From Octopus sinensis (Eukaryota): a stretch of 64,000 bases of DNA. Below, in pieces: positions 12,530 to 24,303 of this stretch (position 1 is the first letter of the stretch; every line of letters starts with the position of its first letter). The DNA is taken from contig NC_043020.1 in the NCBI RefSeq assembly GCF_006345805.1, positions 12,958,001 through 13,022,000 of the forward strand. Direction: 5' to 3'. The notes under the pieces were generated by a model. The model made no database searches. It was not told the origin of the DNA and saw only the letters and a program-made list of their open reading frames with translations. The position numbers and the translations under genes are program-made.

Positions 12530-12744
12530 ACTCTTACTCTTTACTCTTTTACTTGTTTCAGTCATTTGACTGCGGCCATGCTGGAGCACCGCCTTTAGTC
12601 GAGCAAATCGACCCCAGGACTTATTCTTTGTAAGCCCAGTACTTATTCTATCGGTCTCTTTTGCCGAACCGCTAAGTGACGGGGACGTAAACACACCAGC
12701 ATCGGTTGTCAAGCAATGCTAGGGGGACAAACACAAACACACAA

Positions 12745-12793
<49 letters not shown>

Positions 12794-12960
12794 TACGACA
12801 GGCTTCTTTCAGTTTCCATCTACCAAATCCACTCACAAGGCATTGGTCGGCCCGGGGCTATAGCAGAAGACACTTGCCCAAGATGCCACGCAGTGGGACT
12901 GAACCCGGAACCATGTGGTTGGTTAGCAGGCTACTTACCACACAGCCACTCCTGCACCTG
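12530..12960 (-). mobile_element. tRNA-derived SINE family S1 (~400 bp, central CA/TA microsatellite, (AAAGAGT)n tail); roughly 25 full or partial copies across the window
   Basis: Head GGCGCAGGAGTGGCTGTGTGG...GGTTCAGTCCC (A/B-box-like). Other copies include 1360-1749, 3531-3974, 4014-4422, 7725-8147, 14005-14418, 14548-14992, 24303-24724, 31637-32028, 39119-39540, 44415-44820, 48270-48677, 49924-50335, 63383-63775. Confidence 0.88.
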
Positions 12961-13012
12961 TATGTATGCATGTATATACATATGCATGTATATACATATG
13001 GATGTATATACA

Positions 13013-13428
13013 CAGGCGCAGGAGTGGCTGTGTGGTAAGTAGCTTGCTAACCAACCACATGGTTCTGGGTTCAGTCCCACTGCGTGACATCTTGGGCAAG
13101 TGTCTTCTGCTATAGCCCCGGGCCGACCAATGCCTTGTGAGTGGATTTGGTAGACGGAAACTGAAAGAAGCCTGTCGTATATATGTATATATATAAGTGT
13201 GTGTGTGTATGTGTGTGTTTGTGTGTCTGTGGTTGTCCCCCTAGCATTGCTTGACAACCGATGCTGGTGTGTTTACGTCCCCGTCACTTAGCGGTTCGGC
13301 AAAAGAGACCGATAGAATAAGTACTGGGCTTACAAAGAATAAGTCCCGGGGTCGATTTGCTCGACTAAAGGCAGTGCTCCAGCATGGCCGCAGTCAAATG
13401 ACTGAAACAAGTAAAAGAGTAAAAGAGT
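13013..13428 (+). mobile_element. SINE S1 copy, inverted relative to 12530-12960
   Basis: Near-exact reverse complement of the neighbouring copy; 52-bp spacer. Confidence 0.88.
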
Positions 13429-13430
13429 AG

Positions 13431-13473
<43 letters not shown>

Positions 13474-14713
13474 AGATATTATACAGATAGAGCAGTCAAG
13501 ATAATGATGCAAATTAGTGAAAACTGAAATATTACCATTAACGAGAACAAACATTTATTGAAATAACTCCCGAAATTGCAGTTAATTTACAAATATTTGA
13601 ATTGACATGTCTCATAGCACAGTGCTTAACAAATATCTTTTTGCAATTACATCAACATTAAAATAATGCAGGTAAAATGGTAGAAACAATTTATGGCACC
13701 TAATTTATGGAAGAGAGAGAGAGAGAATTTGTGAAGTGAATGCTATTGCTCTTTCCAATTTTAAAATGATGACACATAATGTTGTTTAATATCACTCTCT
13801 TTACAATCTTTAAAAGCAGTTGATAATTTGTAATTTGAATCATTAAGTTATTTCATGTTAAAAACACTGAACCAAAGTGGGACATCTCACAATGTTAGGC
13901 ATTCGTAAAATAACCTATCTCGCTAACGCTAAGTGAATGACAAATGATTTTGTGGAGATAAAATACTACAGTCAAAACAGCAGAAAGAAGTCTAAGGATG
14001 TATACTCTTTACTCTTTTACTCTTTTACTTGTTTCAGTCATTTGACTGCGGCCATGCTGGAGCACCGCCTTTAGTTGAGCAACTCGACCCCGGGACTTAT
14101 TCATTTGTAAGCCCAGTACTTATTCTATCGGTCTCTTTTGCCGAACCACTAAGTAATGGGGACATAAACACACCAGCATCAGTTGTCAAGCAATGCTAGG
14201 GGGACAAACACAGACACACAAACACACACACACGCATATATATACATATATACGACGGACTTCTTTCAGTTTCCGTCTACCAAATCCACTCACAAGGCTT
14301 TGGTCGGCCCGAGGCTATAGTAGAAGACACTTGCTCAAGGTGCCATGCAGTGGGACTGAACCCGGAACCATGTGGTTGGTTAGCAAGCTACTTACCACAC
14401 AGCCACTCCTGCACCTATAATCCATTATTTGATAAGATGGAACAGTAAGCATGTGTAATGCATGTAATTGGTATAAAAATCAGATGATAACTAAAAAAAT
14501 GATGGTTCAATTCTAGTTAATGGTCCTATTTTTCTATTTCCTGTCACAGGCGCAGGAGTGGCTGTGTGGTAAGTAGCTTGCTAACCAACCACACGGTTCC
14601 GGGTTCAGTCCCACTGCGTGGCATCTTGGGTAAGTGTCTTCTGCTATAGCCCCGGGCCGACCAAAGCCTTGTGAGTGGATTTGGTAGACGGAAACTGAAA
14701 GAAGCCTGTCGTA

Positions 14714-14747
<34 letters not shown>

Positions 14748-15904
14748 AGTCTGTGTGTATATGTTTGTGTGTCTGTGTTTGTCCCCCTAGCATTGCTTGA
14801 CAACTGATGCTGGTGTGTTTACGTCCCCGTCACTTAGCGGTTCGGCAAAAGAGACCGATAGAATAAGTACTGGGCTTACAAATGAATAAGTCCCGGGGTC
14901 GAGTTGCTCGACTAAAGGCGGTGCTCCAGCATGGCCGCAGTCAAATGACTGAAACAAGTAAAAGAGTAAAAGAGTAAAAGAGAGTATATGTATATATATG
15001 TATGTGTGTGTATGTGTTTGTGTTTGTCCCCCTAGCATTGCTTGACAACCGATGCTGGTGTGTTTACGTCCCCGTCACTTAGCGGTTCGGCAAAAGAGAC
15101 CGATAGAATAAGTACTGGGCTTACAAAGAATAAGTCCTGGGGTCGAATTGCTCGACTAAAGGCGGTGCTCCAGCATGGCCGCAGTCAAATGACTGAAACA
15201 AGTAAAAGAGTAAAAGAGTAAAAGAGAGTAGGATATTTCTTATTATGTCTAATATTTCCCCTCTAGCATTCAGATTTCTTTGTCAAATGTAATCTTTATT
15301 TATTTACATTGTTTTGAATTAATCATGCATTATCTGGTACTTTCAAGATTTCAATGATATACTCTCTTACTCTTTTACTTATTCCAGTCATTTGACAGTG
15401 GCCATGCTGGAGCACCACCTTTCGTCAAGCAAATTGACCCCAGGACTTATTCTTTGTAAGTCTAGTACTTATTATATCGGTCTCTTTTGTCAAACCGCTA
15501 AGTTACGGGGACAAAAACACACCAGCATCGGTTGTCAAGCGATGTTGGGATGACAAACACAGACACACAAACAAAAAAAAAGGGCCATAACACCTTGGAA
15601 AACGAAACAGGGACTACACCAAAGTTATTGGTTGAGTGTGTGTGCTTACAATGGTGTGTTACGAAACTCTCTGGTCTGAGTTTGGGTGAGCGAGCGTCAT
15701 GTCAATAGCGTCGAGGTACAATTTTTTTCAGCTGGATTTTTGACCCTATTGTAAGCCTCACTGGTTCTTCCATCCAACATTTTCGGATTCCAGATGTTGA
15801 GACAAAGAAAATGGCCAGGCTGGCGCTTACGACACTCTGTTACTAAACACCTCATATATGACAGAATAATCTGAATGCTAAAGGGTTGGAATATGCCATA
15901 TCTA

Positions 15905-16130
15905 GGTTAGCTGGCAGAAACATTAGCATGCCGGGCAAAATGCTTAGCAGTATTTCGTCTGCCGCTACGTTCTGAGTTCAAATTCCGCCGAGGTCGACTT
16001 TGCCTTTCATCCTTTCGAGGTCGATAAATTAAGTACCAGTTACGCACTGGGATCGATGTAATCGACTTAATCCCTTTGTCTGTCCTTGTTTGTCCCCTCT
16101 ATGTTTACCCCTTGTTGGCAATAAAGAAAT
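15905..16130 (+). mobile_element. Monomeric SINE S2 copy
   Basis: Head AGCTGGCAGAAAC...GCTTAGCA, single body, terminus GGCAATAAAGAAATA. Confidence 0.8.
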
Positions 16131-16184
16131 ACATATCTAAATATAAGAAAACACTGCAGCATAATTCTTGGAATCAAGTCTTAC

Positions 16185-16390
16185 CGTTATTTTTTCCATC
16201 TTGTTGTTGCGCATGATTAAAGTTGATCCATCATTGATCCAGAAGTAGGAATTATCTTTAGCTAAAAAGGTGAATGCACGAGTGGATCCTTTGAAAGAGA
16301 TTTTCTTGGAGATCTTTAGGTCATTATCCATTTCAGCTAATTTGATGCCCTCTTCGGATGCAATCAGCAGTTCAGGTAATGGGTTAGTGT
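16185..16390 (-). CDS. ROS1: ROS1 exon: NTNPLPELLIASEEGIKLAEMDND...SYFWINDG...EKIT
   Basis: Acceptor tattgcag|, donor ACG|gtaaga; phase 1 to 0; 206 nt. Confidence 0.88.
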
Positions 16391-16499
16391 CTGCAATAGA
16401 TCAACATCATTATCATCATCATCATCATCACCACCACCACTAAAAATGTAGTAAAAAAATTAGTTTTGATATTGAAGAGAAAGGCTTGAAAGCACTTAC

Positions 16500-16563
16500 T
16501 GTTACTTGTGATAGAAACATTAACAGACATTTTGCTACAGGCAAAAACAGTACAAGCCTGGAT
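16500..16563 (-). CDS. ROS1: ROS1 small exon, FN3 end: IQACTVFACSKMSVNVSITSN
   Basis: Acceptor ttttcttccag|, donor A|gtaagt; phase 0 to 1; 64 nt; supplies the phase change needed between its neighbours. Confidence 0.82.
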
Positions 16564-16609
16564 CTGGAAGAAAAGAAGGAAATATAAATAAGGAGGTAGA
16601 TGGAAAAAT

Positions 16610-18597
16610 ATGTGATGTAAACATATGTGAAGATGTAAAAATATGTGAAGGTGTAAAAATATGTGAAGGTGTAAAAATATGTGAAGATGTAAAAATATGT
16701 GAAGATGTAAAAATATGTGAAGATGTGTAAAATGTAAAATATGAAGATGTAAAATATGTGAATATGTAAAAATATGTGAAGGAGGTGAAAGTATGTTGAT
16801 AATGTGAAAATATGTGGAAGATGTAAAATATGTGGAAGAATGTGAAAATATGTGAAGATGTGAAAATATGTGGAAGATGTAAAAGATGTGATGTGAAAAT
16901 ATGTGAAGATGTGAAAGTATGTGAAGATGTAAAAATATGTGAACAGGTAAAAATATTGTGAAGATGTAAAAATATGTGAAGATGTAAAAATATGTGATGT
17001 GAAAAAATGTGAAGATGTAAAAATATGTGAAGATGTGAAAATATTGAAGATGTAAAAAATGTGATGTAAAAATATGGGAAGATGTAAAAATATGTGAAGA
17101 TTTAAAAATATGTGAAGATGTAAAATATGTGAAGATGTAAAAATATGTGAAGATGTTAAAAGTATGTGAAGATGTGAAAATATGTGAAGATGTAAAAATA
17201 TGTGTGAAGATGTAAAAGTATGTGAAGATGTGAAAATATGTGAAGATGTAAAAATATGGTGAAGATGTGAAAATATGTGAAGATGTGAAAATATGTGAAG
17301 ATGTAAAATATGTGAAGATGTAAAAGTGATGTGAAGATGTGAAAATATGTGAAGATGTAAAAATATGTGAAGATGTGAAAATATGTGAAGATGTGAAAAT
17401 ATGTGAAGATGTGAAAATATGTGATGTGAAAATATGTGAAGATGTGAAAGTATTGTGAAGATGTAAAAATATGTGAACATGTAAAAATATGTGAAGATGT
17501 AAAAATATGTGAAGATGTAAAAATATGTGATGTGAAAATATGTGAAGATGTAAAAATATGTGAAGATGTGAAAATATGTGAAGATGTAAAAATATGTGAT
17601 GTGAAAATATGGGAAATTTAAAAATATGTGAAGATGTAAAATATGTGAAGATGTGAAAATATGTGAAGATGTGAAAATATGTGAAGATGTGAAAATATGT
17701 GGATTATGTAAATATATGTGAAGATGTAAAAAATGTGATGTGAAAATATGTGAAGATGTGAAAATATGTGAAGATGTAAAAATATGTGAAGGTGTAAAAA
17801 TATGTGAAGATGTAAAAATATGTGAAGGTGTAAAAATATGTGAAGATGTAAAAATATGTGAAGATGTAAAAATATGTGAAGGTGTAAAAATATGTGAAGA
17901 TGTAAAAATATGTGAAGATGTAAAAATATGTGAAGATGTAAAAATATGTGAAGATGTGAAAATATGTGAAGATGTGAAAATATGTGAAGATGTGAAAATA
18001 TGTGATGTGAAAATATGTGAAGATGTGAAAGTATTGTGAAGATGTAAAAATATGTGAACATGTAAAAATATGTGAAGATGTAAAAATATGTGAAGATGTA
18101 AAAATATGTGATGTGAAAATATGTGAAGATGTAAAAATATGTGAAGATGTAAAAATATGTGATGTGAAAATATGTGAAGATGTAAAAATATGTGAAGATG
18201 TGAAAATATGTGAAGATGTGAAAATATGTGAAGATGTAAAAATATGTGAAGATGTAAAAATATGTGAAGATGTAAAAATATGTGAAGATGTAAAAATATG
18301 TGAAGATGTGAAAATATGTGAACATGTAAAAATATGTGAAGATGTGAAAATATGTGAAGATGTAAAAATATGTGAAGATGTAAAAATATGTGATGTGAAA
18401 ATATGTGAAGATGTAAAAATATGTGAAGATGTGAAAATATGTGAAGATGTGAAAATATGTGAAGATGTAAAAATATGTGAAGATGTAAAAATATGTGAAG
18501 ATGTAAAAATATGTGAAGATGTAAAAATATGTGAAGATGTGAAAATATGTGAACATGTAAAAATATGTGAAGATGGAAAAAATATGTGAAGATGAAG
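16610..18597. repeat. ~2-kb 18-bp minisatellite, consensus AAAAATATGTGAAGATGT
   Basis: About 110 tandem units with A/G, GAAC, GAAGG and 15-bp deletion variants. Confidence 0.97.
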
Positions 18598-19220
18598 TAG
18601 AAAAACACAAACAAGTTCCTGGAAGGATTTTACCAATTTAGTTTGCAGTTAGCATGTTACACTCACAGTTGCAAGATTGTGATTTCAATTCCCAGACCAG
18701 TGATACATTGAATTCTTGAGCAAGGCACTTCATTTCATACTACACCGCCCCACTCAGTTGTGAATGACTATGCCATGCAACAGACTGGGGTCCTATTCAG
18801 GGGTAATCTTGTCATTCTGGTCGCTTACATGCCATGGAAACTGGGTAAACAGCCCTAGGAGTGGTAGGACTTAAAACAGTGGTTGAGTATTCCACAGACT
18901 TTTGATATAATCCTTTGGCAGAGTTAGTGCAACGGTGTGTGCAGGTGAATGTTGCAGCACTTTAAACGACAGTTCCACCAACAGACATGCACTCACAGCT
19001 TTGCTTACAGGAGACACTTGTTCCAGAAATGTGGAAGTGTTGGACAAAATGCTTTGTGCTTTTTCTTCTGACTTTATGTTCAGAGTTCGAATCCTATTGA
19101 GATCAAATTTACTTTCCATCCTCTTGGGTGTTGACGAAATAAGTACAAGTCAAGCACTTAGGTTGGTGCGACTGACTTCCCCTCTCCTCTCAAAAACTGC
19201 TGGCTTTGTGCATCATCATG

Positions 19221-19255
<35 letters not shown>

Positions 19256-19303
19256 CACTACCACTACCACCACCACCACCACCACCAACAACAACAACAA
19301 CCC

Positions 19304-19338
<35 letters not shown>

Positions 19339-19599
19339 GCTACTGCTGCTGCTGCTGCTGCTACTGCTGTTGCTGCTGCTGTTGTTGTTGTTGTTAAGCA
19401 ACAAGACGGGTAAGGGTGATTAGGTGATGGTCTAGGGCTTAGGGGTGGGAGATCCCAGACCTTGAGAAAAAAAAGAAAACTTTGGTCGTCTTGTTGTAGT
19501 CAAGGGCTCTTCGTTGAGGCCCGACACCACTGGGAGGTGGCCCTCGAAGTCGCTGGAAATGGAGATCTCCAGGTCCAAATTCTTGAACTGCTGCTGCTG

Positions 19600-19651
<52 letters not shown>

Positions 19652-19727
19652 AACAAAATCTTTCTTGAAAATATACTGGAAAGAAAAGGGAGCTAAATCT
19701 GTAAAAAACAAAATTAGTTTGTCTTAC

Positions 19728-19975
19728 CTTAAAAGTGTAAGTGCGATTAGCTCCAAGTCGTTCGGCAATAAACTGGCGTGTATGAGGTTCAATATCTGTT
19801 TGTTGCCACTGAGAAGAACTGGAATCGGTTTGATAGAACACTTTGTACTTTTCAAGTACACCAAAGCGGTTATTTGGTGCTGACCAACGTAAATCAGCAG
19901 ACAGGAATTCTTCACTTGATTGTAATTCTTTCCTCTTGTTAATGTAAACTCTTGGATTAAGTGGTTCGTTAGGTA
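19728..19975 (-). CDS. ROS1: ROS1 exon, FN3: VPNEPLNPRVYINKRK...ADLRWSAPNNRFGVLEKYKVFY...LGANRTYTFK
   Basis: Acceptor tgtattccag|, donor AAG|gtaaga; phase 1 to 0; 248 nt. Confidence 0.92.
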
Positions 19976-20706
19976 CTGGAATACAAAAATTAACAAAATA
20001 ATGAAAAAAAAATCTTTGAAACCAACAAAGAAGTATTTTTTATGTAGTAGCTTGCTTTGCAAGAAATAGAAACCTTCTTTCCCTCAAAATCATTCTGGAA
20101 TCTTTAGAAACGGAAGGATGTGTTATATAATGTAGTGTGAAACACATTGTAGTTTAAAAAGTAAAGAGGGGATAGCCATGGGTGGGTTTGTGAAATTAAG
20201 GCTATCACAAACTAAAGTTTTAAATGTTAATTCTTTCCCCATGGTCAGTATTAATTAACTGCTAAAAGAAACCATAGAATCATATTAAATGACAACAACT
20301 AAATAGAAGAGGGCGAGTGATGACAGAGAAAAACATCAGAGTGAGAGGCTGGCAGAGGAGAAGGAGAAGGAGAATTAGTAATGGAAGAGAAACAATGATA
20401 TGCAGCTATATATTGGTTATGGGTAAGGAGATTAAATACAAAAAATGGAATCAGTGGCATGATGCAGGAACAGTGATAAGGATATATATATGTGTGTGTG
20501 TGTGTGTGTAGGGAGAGAATTTACAAAGAAACAAAAGACAAAGACAGGGGGTGTAGACAAGAAACAGATGTATTAGTATAACACTCGGGAAGTGAAAAAG
20601 TTTTTAACATTTTGAGCCTACACTCTTCCACAGAAAGGAACACAGAAACAAACAAGGAGAGAAAATAAAGAATGTGTAGCAGCTAGCAATAGTGTATATA
20701 TATATA

Positions 20707-20740
<34 letters not shown>

Positions 20741-20966
20741 TTAGAGAGAGTTTACGAAAAAAACAAAGACGATGATAGGTGGTGTACAAAACAAACAGAT
20801 GTATAAGTATAATGCTCAGGAATAGAAAAAGTCTTTTACGTTTCGAGCCTATGCTCTTCTACAGGAAGGGACACAGAAAAAACAAGGAGAGAAAAAGGAG
20901 AGAAAAAATATGTGTAGTGGCTAAAGATCTATCATGGCAACTGATATATATATATATATATATAAT

Positions 20967-21023
<57 letters not shown>

Positions 21024-21025
21024 TA

Positions 21026-21074
<49 letters not shown>

Positions 21075-21445
21075 CACATATATGCAGAGAGAGAGAGGGA
21101 AAGAATGTGTATATGTGTGTGTTTGCCTGCTAAGAATAAAGTGAAAAAAAATATTAGTAATTAGGTAATTTAATTATTTCAACACTTGTGAGAAACCATC
21201 TTGGACATGTTTTACTGAGATTTCTTCCACAAAACATTTACCATATTTACTGGAGTAGTGTTCGAACTATCAAAGTACAGCAATCTTGCATTAATATGCA
21301 AGATTGTACTTTGGTTTATGACCGAGTCTAAAATTGTTTACAAAATTCTAATAGGATGTAGAAAACCTCTTGACTAGAAAGAGTCGCTAAAGTCTAGCGA
21401 TAACACATACTGTCATGTTTATATTGTTGTTAGGAAAGAACCAAC

Positions 21446-21575
21446 CTGACATGGGTGATCGAATTTTTGTTGATGTTCTTTTGGCTGAACCATAATAGGT
21501 TAACGGTTTTACAATAACGTCTATTTCCGTGTATGGCGGCATTCCTTTTATAGTGTACCAGGGTTGCACTGTGTC
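21446..21575 (-). CDS. ROS1: ROS1 exon, FN3: DTVQPWYTIKGMPPYTEIDVIVKPLTYYGSAKRTSTKIRSPMS
   Basis: Acceptor cattttag|, donor G|gttggt; phase 0 to 1; 130 nt. Confidence 0.88.
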
Positions 21576-21690
21576 CTAAAATGTAATAATAATAATAATT
21601 AATTCTTTTTATTGGCCACAAGGGCTGACAAACATGATTGGAAAACATAAAGGGACAAAACAGGATGAAAAGTTACAAAGGGTTTTGTCC

Positions 21691-21746
<56 letters not shown>

Positions 21747-21759
21747 GATGATGATGATG

Positions 21760-21813
<54 letters not shown>

Positions 21814-21929
21814 TGATGATGATGATAATAATAATAATAACACCAACAAGAACTTCCAACTTGTCTCTTGAGGTCTCTGGGTAAGACTTGGAGCTAACTT
21901 GTACAAATGTAAAGCAAAAGTCAAACATA

Positions 21930-21998
<69 letters not shown>

Positions 21999-22558
21999 TA
22001 ATAATAATAATGATAATAATAATAAGAAGATGATGATGAACAACAACAACAATAACAACAACAACAACATATTGAACATATTACATTGTATAACATGACT
22101 TTTGTCCCTGGGTAGTAACTGTCACTTCCTTTTTGCTTACTCCCAGAAACTATGAAAAATGGTTAATATTTTCTTCATACTTTGCTTTTGTTATATTTAT
22201 GTAATCCATTTGTCTGTCCTTGTTTGTCCCCTCTATGTTTAGCCCCTTGTGGGCAATAAAGAAATAACAAACTATTAAGAAGGAGTTATGGTAGATATGT
22301 AAATAGCAGCCAAAGCTACCTTGGATCACCCTGTACCAACTTAAAAACTGGAAATGACAATTGCAATCCCTGATATACAAAACGATGGGATGTTCATAAT
22401 TGGAATGTCTTTAACCACAGGTCTACCAAACCAAGCAAGGTTATATTACAACAACAATCTACATTTATCTGGTTGGAGTCATAGTTATGTGTTGACCCAT
22501 GGATATGGCCTGTAAACCTTATTGGTTCAGTTGACCGTCAGTGAAATACTTTAATCCA

Positions 22559-22938
22559 GTGGAGGCGCAATGGCCCAGTGGTTAGGGCAGCCGACTCGCG
22601 GTCGTAGGATCGTGGTTTCGATTCCCAGACCGGGCGTTGTGAGTGTTTATTGAGCGAAAACACCTAAAGCTCCTCGAGGCTCCGGCAGGGGATGGTGGTG
22701 ATCCCTGCTGTACTCTTTCACCACAACTTTCTCTCACTCTTACTTCCTGTTTCTGTTGTACCTGTATTTCAAAGGGCCGGCCTTGTCACTCTCTGTGTCA
22801 CGCTGAATATCCCCGAGAACTACGTTAAGGGTACACGTGTCTGTGGAGTGCTCAGCCACTTACACGTTAATTTCACGAGTAGGCTGTTCAGTTGATCGGA
22901 TCAACAGGAACCCTCATCGTCGGAACCGACAGAGTGCT
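22559..22938 (+). mobile_element. tRNA-derived SINE, head A + tail X
   Basis: A box TGGCCCAGTGG, B box GGTTTCGATTCCC. Confidence 0.82.
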
Positions 22939-23035
22939 TCCATTCCACTTTAATCCAACATTAGACAATGTCAGCAGCAAGTGACCAGTGGTCAAGCCAT
23001 TACACAATTACAAACTTAGTTAATTCTTTGCTTAC

Positions 23036-23220
23036 CAATGCCTTGCTGTATTTTTCAAATTCTCGTACATTAAGGGTGAGTTCGTAATGGACAACGCCAT
23101 GGTTGACCTCACTTGCTTCCCTCCATGTGATATTGAAATAGGATGCATTCCCTTCTACTCTAATGGATCCTGCAGGAATATCATTTGGTATTACCGTTAT
23201 TGTGGTCTCATTTAGCCCAT
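23036..23220 (-). CDS. ROS1: ROS1 exon, FN3: DGLNETTITVIPNDIPAGSIRVEGNASYFNITWREASEVNHGVVHYEL...KAL
   Basis: Acceptor ctcttttcag|, donor TTG|gtaagc; phase 1 to 0; 185 nt; close to recalled human FRIEGNASSFQILW. Confidence 0.92.
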
Positions 23221-23443
23221 CTGAAAAGAGTAAAAAGAAAAAAAAAATTACAGTGATTCAAGAATAAGTAGGGAAGCTATCAGAGTAACCAGCAAATTAA
23301 TGCTAATGTGTTTGGTTCAGTTCCACTGTGTGGTGCCTTGAGCAAGTGTCTTCTACTATAGACTTGGGCCGACCAAATCCTTGTGAATGGATCTGGTAGA
23401 TGAAAACTGAAAGAAGCTTATCATATATATGTATGTATATATA

Positions 23444-23826
23444 TCTTTATATATAAAAGTAAGGTTGTGTGCTGTCTGTCTCCTATGATTTAGATTCCTA
23501 ACTACTCCCACATTTTGTGGTGCAGTTTAACCAAAACCGGGTATCTTATAGTCGTGATTCATATTGGGCCCTCCTGGGTATTAGTGTGCGTCTACGATGA
23601 GTCTACGATTTAAAAAAAAAATTTACCATCAATTTTTCTCATTTTTAATGCAGTTTTGGCATATATAAGGGAAGTAACACTCTAAAAGTTTATTATTAAA
23701 TCTCAGAATGTAAAAAGCTACAGTAACACCCCCCATATTGAGATGGCTATTATACTTTACATCTCTAAAAATGCTTATATAGTTATTTCCCTTACAAACC
23801 CAAGCAATGCCGTGTGATACTGCTAG
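23444..23826 (+). mobile_element. Non-autonomous Helitron-like element (same family as 48892-49293)
   Basis: A|TCTTTATATATAAAAG 5' end, degenerate hairpin, CTAG|T 3' end. Confidence 0.7.
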
Positions 23827-24068
23827 TATATATATAAAATATGACCACGTGTGTACCATTGGCAATTTTTTTTTCCTCTGTCTTCCCTTCTCTGGATCTT
23901 TCCTTCTCCTATGTTTCCCACGAAGAGCTCCGCTCGAAATGTTAAACCCTCCTTCTTTCCTTCTTTCCTGAGCGTCCAATAATACTATATTTGTTCCACG
24001 TCCTCGAGTTGTTTGGATTAACTATATATATATATATTGGAAGGTTTGGAGATGATGTACAGGTATTT

Positions 24069-24272
24069 TATATTAGAAGAAAAGAGGTACTCAGAAATTC
24101 GGATGGTTTTATATTTACAGATATTTATTTGTATTTTACATTTTTTATATATCATATAACTTAGATCATATAACTTAGATCTAAGTTATATGATGTATGA
24201 AAACATGTAATATACAAATAAATATCTGTAAATATAAAACCATCCGAATTTCTGAGTACCTCTTTTCTTCTA

Positions 24273-24277
<5 letters not shown>
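24069..24277. repeat. Long inverted repeat (73-bp arms, 1 mismatch) with an inner palindrome
   Basis: 24069-24141 is the reverse complement of 24205-24277. Confidence 0.92.

Positions 24278-24303
<26 letters not shown>

Noticed and set aside
16440-18636. 724-aa, 330-aa, 310-aa and VKICED-repeat ORFs
   Set aside because: An 18-bp unit without stops in some frames gives open frames automatically; indels scramble the frames, and the array lies in a ROS1 intron.
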